NCBI GenBank assembly: GCA_964448115.1
Contig: CAYUVA010000013.1
Location: 8,351 to 72,350 of the forward strand
DNA from: an uncultured bacterium
GTDB taxonomy: Bacteria; CAYUVA01
Length of the DNA: 64,000 nt
Direction: 5' to 3'
In this document: positions 58,676 through 64,000 of the stretch, piece after piece
How positions within the stretch are numbered: the first letter of the stretch is position 1
Layout of the letters: the number at the start of each line of letters is the position of its first letter
The notes under the pieces: model-generated
The model's database searches: none
What the model was told of the DNA's origin: nothing
Seen by the model: only the letters and a program-made list of their open reading frames with translations
Program-made: the position numbers and the translations under genes

Positions 58676-60322
58676 TTAGGCATTCTTGTACTGCTTCTTT
58701 ATCCGCGCAACCTGGGCATCGATCTCCTGCCAGTTCGCCACCGTGTATAGCGTGTCCAGCACGGTGCCATCGCGGTACTCGATGTAACCCATCGGCTTAT
58801 CGAATTGGGGTGCTATAATATTCTCGCCGTAGGTATTGAGCCTCCTCTTAGCCATCTCGTGTAGCTCCTCGATGCTGCGCACCGTGATCCCTGCCTTGCG
58901 CAGGTGACTGCCCAGGTCAGGGTTTCTCCCCTTGGGATTGACCGCCACCCCTTCCTCGGTGATCACGCAATCGACGCTCCAGCCAGGGGTGGCACAGGTG
59001 GTAACCCGCTCGGTTATGGACATCACGCTCCCGCCGGCACTCATCAGCGGAGTAACCGCCATGGACATCTTGGCGCCGGCTGCGACCGGCTGGTGTCCGC
59101 CAATGCCGTGCTGCGTGTAGCCGGTGTTGCTGCGGGTGGTGATATTGATGTTGAAGTCGAGATCGACCTCAAGTGCACCGAGGGTAACCACATCTACCAT
59201 GTTTGACACGCAAGCCATCCCGTAAGAGTTCGCTAGCATAGTCGAGATATCCTGGTGATCCGGATTGTCCCTGATGCTAGCCACCGCCTCGGCATCGAAG
59301 GTCTGGGTGTCCATGATGCGATCGACCAACCCCTCGTTTAGCATCTGTACCTGGAACTTGGTGATGCCGCCCATGATGAACGAGCCTTTGATACCATCCT
59401 TGATCATCCGCTCGCGCAGGTACTTGGTTGAAAGCAAGGCTGCTCCGCCGGCTCCGGTCTGAAACGAGAAGCGGTTTCGATAATATGGCGAGGCGCAGAT
59501 AACATCGGTGATCAACTTGCCTAGAAGCGCTGGCATCCCCTCCTCCCTTATCTGAAGGCTGCCGGTGGCGATCCTGGTCGGGTTCCCTATCGGCTGCTCA
59601 ATATGCACCACCTGATCGGCATTCAGCGAGCTTATCTGGCGTATGCGTACCGGGTAGTGCTTGAGGTTGTCGGTGATGATTATCACATGGTCTGCGAACA
59701 TGGAGTCAACCTGGTTGTATCCAAAGGCGCCAAAGGCAGAAGGACCGTTCACACCGTTGGCATTGCCGTATTCATCAGCCTCGGAGGCGGCAATGAAGGC
59801 TACATTTATCCTCTTTCGACCAAAGGCTATCGCATTCACCCTTCCATCATGCGAGCGCAGCACTAGCGGACTTTTCAGGCTCACCTCTCCCCGCGAGATA
59901 GCGATGCCGACCTCGGAGTTGACGCTCCCCTCTATGCCAGTAATAACCCCTTTTTTCACATACTCGATAATTCGCTTGTGGACGCCGAAGTGAGCGCTGG
60001 CATAGATTGACAGATCCCTGAAGCCGAGGGCATCGATGCGCTCCAGCACCAGGTTGAGCACATTATCCCCCTCGCGCAGGTGATGATGGAAGCTGATGCA
60101 ATCCCCGTTGCGCAGCCCGCTATTGATTATCGCCTCATCCAGGCTCTTTGCCAGCTTACTGCGCACACCGACCGGGCAGTATCGAACTGGCATCGGCGCA
60201 TAGTACTTCGGCACCGGCACCTCCTTGCCGCTATACGGAAGCAAGGGCTTGCCGTTGAGCCGTGTCGGAACCTTCCTTCCAGCAGCATTGATGATGAAAT
60301 CTTCAAGCACGAATCCTGTCAT
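58676..60322 (-). CDS. citF: Citrate lyase alpha subunit / citrate CoA-transferase
   Basis: ISFHHHLREGD, RSHDGR, FQTGAGG, GGIT, LGALEVDLDFNIN, GIGGH, IEYRDGTVLD. Confidence 0.9.
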   Translation of the reverse strand: MTGFVLEDFIINAAGRKVPTRLNGKPLLPYSGKEVPVPKYYAPMPVRYCPVGVRSKLAKSLDEAIINSGLRNGDCISFHHHLREGDNVLNLVLERIDALGFRDLSIYASAHFGVHKRIIEYVKKGVITGIEGSVNSEVGIAISRGEVSLKSPLVLRSHDGRVNAIAFGRKRINVAFIAASEADEYGNANGVNGPSAFGAFGYNQVDSMFADHVIIITDNLKHYPVRIRQISSLNADQVVHIEQPIGNPTRIATGSLQIREEGMPALLGKLITDVICASPYYRNRFSFQTGAGGAALLSTKYLRERMIKDGIKGSFIMGGITKFQVQMLNEGLVDRIMDTQTFDAEAVASIRDNPDHQDISTMLANSYGMACVSNMVDVVTLGALEVDLDFNINITTRSNTGYTQHGIGGHQPVAAGAKMSMAVTPLMSAGGSVMSITERVTTCATPGWSVDCVITEEGVAVNPKGRNPDLGSHLRKAGITVRSIEELHEMAKRRLNTYGENIIAPQFDKPMGYIEYRDGTVLDTLYTVANWQEIDAQVARIKKQYKNA

Positions 60323-60339
60323 CTCATACTCCCTTTTAT

Positions 60340-60465
60340 AGGCTTGAGGAAAAAGAGAGGATCACGCAAAGGCGCAAAGATGCAAAGAAATCCTTTTTCT
60401 TACTTTGTGCCTTCGTGTCTTGGCGGTTAACACACTCATTACCTCAAGCCTCAAGTCTCAAGCCT
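60340..60465. repeat. Composite intergenic repeat overlapping a gene 3' end
   Basis: Contains the CGCAAAG unit and an inverted copy; 60442-60465 is the exact reverse complement of 42880-42903. Confidence 0.8.
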
Positions 60466-62360
60466 TTCTTCACATATTCGAGCAAGCCACCGCAGTCGAT
60501 GATCTCCATCATCAGCAAAGGGATAGGCTCGAAATCGAACCGCCTATCGCCAAATCTAATGGATGAAGCGCAAAGATCAATCTCGATAATCTCGCCCGTA
60601 TCGATGGTCTTGTCGGTTATGGAGGCGTTCTTTTTACGCAGGTGATCGATAAGCTCTGGGCACTCGATGCACAAGAAGCCGTTATTTATGGCATTCCTAT
60701 AGTATGTATCGCTTATCGATTCGGCTACTATGGCAGCCACGCCGGCATGGATGAGCGCAGTTGCAGCCTGTTCCCTCGATGATCCACAGCCGAAGTTCTT
60801 CCCCGCTGCCAGGATGCATCCCTTGCGCACCAGATCCTTGAAGCCAGGATGGTAGTTCTCCATCGCAAGGCTCGCCATCTGTTCGGGCGAGTGCGATATG
60901 TAGGTGTGCTTGCCGGCGTAGATTCCATCGGTGTCGATATTGTCAGCAGTTAAGTAAATAAGCCTTCCGCTGATGATGCGATCCACCGATAAGCCCCGCC
61001 TGGCAAAAGCCGGCTTTGGTCGTTCAAGTACCTCGATGCCCGGTTGTTCGATCCTATCGGCGGTCTTGGCTTGTGGATTGTTGATATAGCCGCTGAGCGC
61101 CGAATAAGCGACTGTTTTGGGGCTTGCCAGGTAGATATTCGCCTCCCTGGAACCCATACGCCCGCGAAAGTTGCGATTTGTGGTCGAGATGGCGGACTCA
61201 CCGGCGGCAAGCACTCCCTGATGCTGCCCCAGGCAGGGACCGCAGTTTGGATTGCATATCGTGGCGCCGGCTCCGATTAGATCAGCTATATATCCAGCCT
61301 TTATCGCCTCAAGGTAGATGCGCGAAGATGCGGGGATAACGATAAATCGCACTCCCTTGGCTATCTTGTTCCCCTTGACTATCTGGGCTGCTTCTGCGAG
61401 ATCTTCCAGCCTTCCGTTTGTGCATGAACCTAGAACCGCCTGGTCGATGCTTATCTTGGTCCCTGCCAGATCTTTTATTAACCGGGTATTACCCGGGCTG
61501 TGAGGGGCAGCGACTAAGGGTCCCAGGTCATCAAGGTTCACCGAGACGATGGCTGCATACCGCGCATCATCATCCGGCGCTAGAGATTCAATGGAAGCAT
61601 CTTCAAGCATCCCCATCTGCCCCAGGCTTCTAATATAGCGCTCAGCAGTCTCATCGTAGGGGAATATCCCCGCCATGCCTCCCATCTCCACGGTCATGTT
61701 GCTGATGGTCATGCGGTCGCTCATGCTAAGGTATTCTATCGCCTCGCCGTGGTACTCGACAACCCGGTTGAGCGCGAAGTCAACCCCCAAGCTGCCGATC
61801 AAGTAAAGTATGATGTCCTTGCCACAGATGCGGCTGGTATCGGGGATGCCTTGGAGCCTGATCTTTATGGTTTCAGGCACTTTTAGCCATGTCTCTCCGC
61901 TAGCCCACAATGCTGCTGCATCGGTGCGCACCACCGGGATGCCGGCTGCGCAAAGCGCACCGTGCATCGTGGTATGCGAATCCGAGCCGAGGATCAGGCT
62001 TCCCGGCAGAACGAAGCCCTCCTCGATGAGCACCTGGTGGCAGACACCTCGCTCGAGGTCATAAAAATAAGGCAGTGCTTGCTTCATGGCGAAATGGCGC
62101 ACTGACTTCATCGCCTGGCTCGTCTTCTCGGTCGGAGCCGGCGAGGCGTGATCCAAGACTATGACCGGCTGTTTTGCATCCTTGACCCTATCCAAGCCAA
62201 GCGCCTTGAACTTGCTTATCACCGCGGAGCTGTTGTTGTGGGTGAGGATATGCCTCGGCTTGACAAGCACGAACTCGCCGGGAACAAGCTCGCCATCAGC
62301 TCCAGACAGCCTGCGGGTTTTATGTGTCCTTATTATCTTTTGTATAATTGTCTCTCCCAT
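60444..62360 (-). CDS. Fused large+small subunit aconitase-family dehydratase (homoaconitase / 3-isopropylmalate dehydratase-like)
   Basis: LDH, GVCHQV, GSDSHT, GSCTNGR, CGPCLG, TNRNF.GR, then NIDTD and NFGCGSSREQA. Confidence 0.92.
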   Translation of the reverse strand: MGETIIQKIIRTHKTRRLSGADGELVPGEFVLVKPRHILTHNNSSAVISKFKALGLDRVKDAKQPVIVLDHASPAPTEKTSQAMKSVRHFAMKQALPYFYDLERGVCHQVLIEEGFVLPGSLILGSDSHTTMHGALCAAGIPVVRTDAAALWASGETWLKVPETIKIRLQGIPDTSRICGKDIILYLIGSLGVDFALNRVVEYHGEAIEYLSMSDRMTISNMTVEMGGMAGIFPYDETAERYIRSLGQMGMLEDASIESLAPDDDARYAAIVSVNLDDLGPLVAAPHSPGNTRLIKDLAGTKISIDQAVLGSCTNGRLEDLAEAAQIVKGNKIAKGVRFIVIPASSRIYLEAIKAGYIADLIGAGATICNPNCGPCLGQHQGVLAAGESAISTTNRNFRGRMGSREANIYLASPKTVAYSALSGYINNPQAKTADRIEQPGIEVLERPKPAFARRGLSVDRIISGRLIYLTADNIDTDGIYAGKHTYISHSPEQMASLAMENYHPGFKDLVRKGCILAAGKNFGCGSSREQAATALIHAGVAAIVAESISDTYYRNAINNGFLCIECPELIDHLRKKNASITDKTIDTGEIIEIDLCASSIRFGDRRFDFEPIPLLMMEIIDCGGLLEYVKKGLRLEA

Positions 62361-62371
62361 TTATACCCCCA

Positions 62372-62670
62372 GTAATCTTGTCTCAAATGTCTGCCAGGAA
62401 AGGCATCCTTCCGTGTTTGACTTAAAACCACCAAAACCTGTCATCCTGAGCGCAGTCCCGATTTTCCTGGAAATCGGGACGAAGTCGAAGGATCTCCGTA
62501 AGGCATTGATTTTAGTGAGATTCCTCGACTCACTCGCCAGTGCCATTCGACTACACTCAGGGCAGGCTTCGCTCGCTTGGAATGACATATTAGAGATTTT
62601 CCTTGATTTGTTGGGACAGACTCTTTCCGGGTGCGATGTCGCGCCCGGAATCCCGATATAATCGGGACTA
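62372..62670. repeat. MITE/REPIN-like nested palindromic element
   Basis: Arms TGTCATCCTGAGCG..GAAGTCGAAGGATCTC and GAGATTCCTCGACT..TGGAATGACA, with internal hairpins GTCCCGATTTTCCTGGAAATCGGGAC and TTCGACTACACTCAGGGC. Confidence 0.75.
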
Positions 62671-62689
62671 CATTTTAAGACAGATCCCA

Positions 62690-64000
62690 TTAAGCCTCCT
62701 GGTTCTTGATCCTTCTTGCCAGGGAGAACAGCCCGCCAGCCTGGTATTTGAGCATGAAGTTCTCCGATAGACCTACGCCATCTTTAAGCTCGATGCCTTT
62801 TGCCTGATTGGAGATGCAACCCGTATTTAAGTCCAGGGTAATGATATCACCATCGTTGAGCTTGTCATAGCCGACCTGGCGGTTGATTATAAGCGGAAAG
62901 CCGAGCGCCTCTGCATTGCCGAGATAGATGGGTGCGAAGCTGCGAGCCACGATGGCGCCAACCCCCAGCGACATGAAGCACTTGACCGCATGTTCACGCG
63001 ATGAGCCAGCCCCGAAGTTATCCCCGGCGATCACGATATCCCCCGGCTTGCAGAGCCTTGCAAATTCGCCATAGCGCGGGTATCTGGTGAAGCGCTCAAA
63101 GGTATATTGCCCCATCTTTGCAGGATCGGTCTCCTGGAGGCGCAGGTTGTGATAGATGGCATCGGTATCAACATCATCGAACAGCCTCTCGCCATCGCCG
63201 ATGAGCCACACCCGTCCCCTAAGCAGACTCGGCTTCTCAAAGGGGATATCCACCTGCAGCGACGGTTGCACGGCAGTATCGAGATGATCTATCTTGAGAA
63301 CATGATCTGCTTCTAGCGCACTCCCCTTCATCTCCCAAAGTGATGTATCCGGGCATTGTATCCCCTGCCCGATTGGGTCGGTTATGTGCCCAGCGATCGC
63401 CGAGGCGATGACCGTCTCCGGGCTGGCAAGGTACTTGACCCCGGGACCCTGCTTCTCGGCGAAGTTGCGGTTCCCGGTATCGATGGCTACCGTATTTTGT
63501 CCCAGTTTTCCCACCTGCTCCGAGGTGCACCCGGCGCATGAGGGTGGGTAAACGATAAACCCGGCATCCAGTAGCCTTTGCAGGATCCCCTCCTGTGCGA
63601 TGCGCTGCATGGTCTCAATTGTACCGGGAACGATAAACGCCCGCACCGATGGGTGAACCGTGTGCTCGGAAAGCAAGGTTGCTACACGCTTTATGTCTTC
63701 GTAGGTCGAGTTGGTGCAGGAGCCGATCAACGCCTGGTTTATCCTGGTTCCCCTTACTTCATCCACTGCCACCACATCCCTGGGATCGCCGGGGAGAGAG
63801 ACCAGTGGCTTCAAGTCGCTGACATCGATCTCGAAAATGTCGCTGTATTCGGCATCATCATCAGCGATCAACGCCTTGAGCTTACGCCCGGCTTTTGCCT
63901 CAAACTGAGCCATCTGCTGTGCATTGGGTGTCATAAGCACCGTAACTGCCGACATCTCGGCGCCCATGCTGGCAAGGGTGATGCGGGAGGGGGTATTCAT
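62690..64000 (-). CDS. Second fused aconitase-family dehydratase (5' end outside the window)
   Basis: GSCTN, SCAGC, GNRNF, LASP, DVDTD, NFGAGSSREHA. Confidence 0.9.
   Translation of the reverse strand: MNTPSRITLASMGAEMSAVTVLMTPNAQQMAQFEAKAGRKLKALIADDDAEYSDIFEIDVSDLKPLVSLPGDPRDVVAVDEVRGTRINQALIGSCTNSTYEDIKRVATLLSEHTVHPSVRAFIVPGTIETMQRIAQEGILQRLLDAGFIVYPPSCAGCTSEQVGKLGQNTVAIDTGNRNFAEKQGPGVKYLASPETVIASAIAGHITDPIGQGIQCPDTSLWEMKGSALEADHVLKIDHLDTAVQPSLQVDIPFEKPSLLRGRVWLIGDGERLFDDVDTDAIYHNLRLQETDPAKMGQYTFERFTRYPRYGEFARLCKPGDIVIAGDNFGAGSSREHAVKCFMSLGVGAIVARSFAPIYLGNAEALGFPLIINRQVGYDKLNDGDIITLDLNTGCISNQAKGIELKDGVGLSENFMLKYQAGGLFSLARRIKNQEA

Noticed and set aside
62161-62690. ORFs 62161..62661 and 62361..62690
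   Set aside because: They run through the palindromic element and antisense of a real gene, with no protein-like features.

Overview
Chromosomal window of a diderm bacterium (lpxB, TonB-dependent receptor) with an anaerobic, fermentative signature (rubrerythrin, AhbD-like radical SAM, butyrate kinase, citrate lyase alpha). It is mostly housekeeping: rplM-rpsI-rpsB-tsf, tsaEBD, nfo, DinG helicase, Maf, wecB, RNA methyltransferases and tRNA-Arg(CCT). I found no CRISPR array, prophage, integrase or intact transposase. Highlights: (1) two paralogous loci, each a HEAT-repeat/PilT fusion followed by a plain PilT, where the complete pair has lost conserved motifs in a complementary way that suggests an alternating hetero-oligomeric motor; (2) an uncharacterised four-gene membrane operon (DUF6754-like); (3) a ~100-aa domain present three times in two unrelated secreted proteins; (4) a Fur-box-headed oxygen-defence cluster flanked by two decayed restriction-modification systems whose nuclease genes appear collapsed to start+end stubs; (5) modular, nested intergenic repeat mosaics; (6) two tandem fused LeuC-LeuD-type dehydratases next to citF. 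Family names come from motif recognition by eye; no database searches were run.
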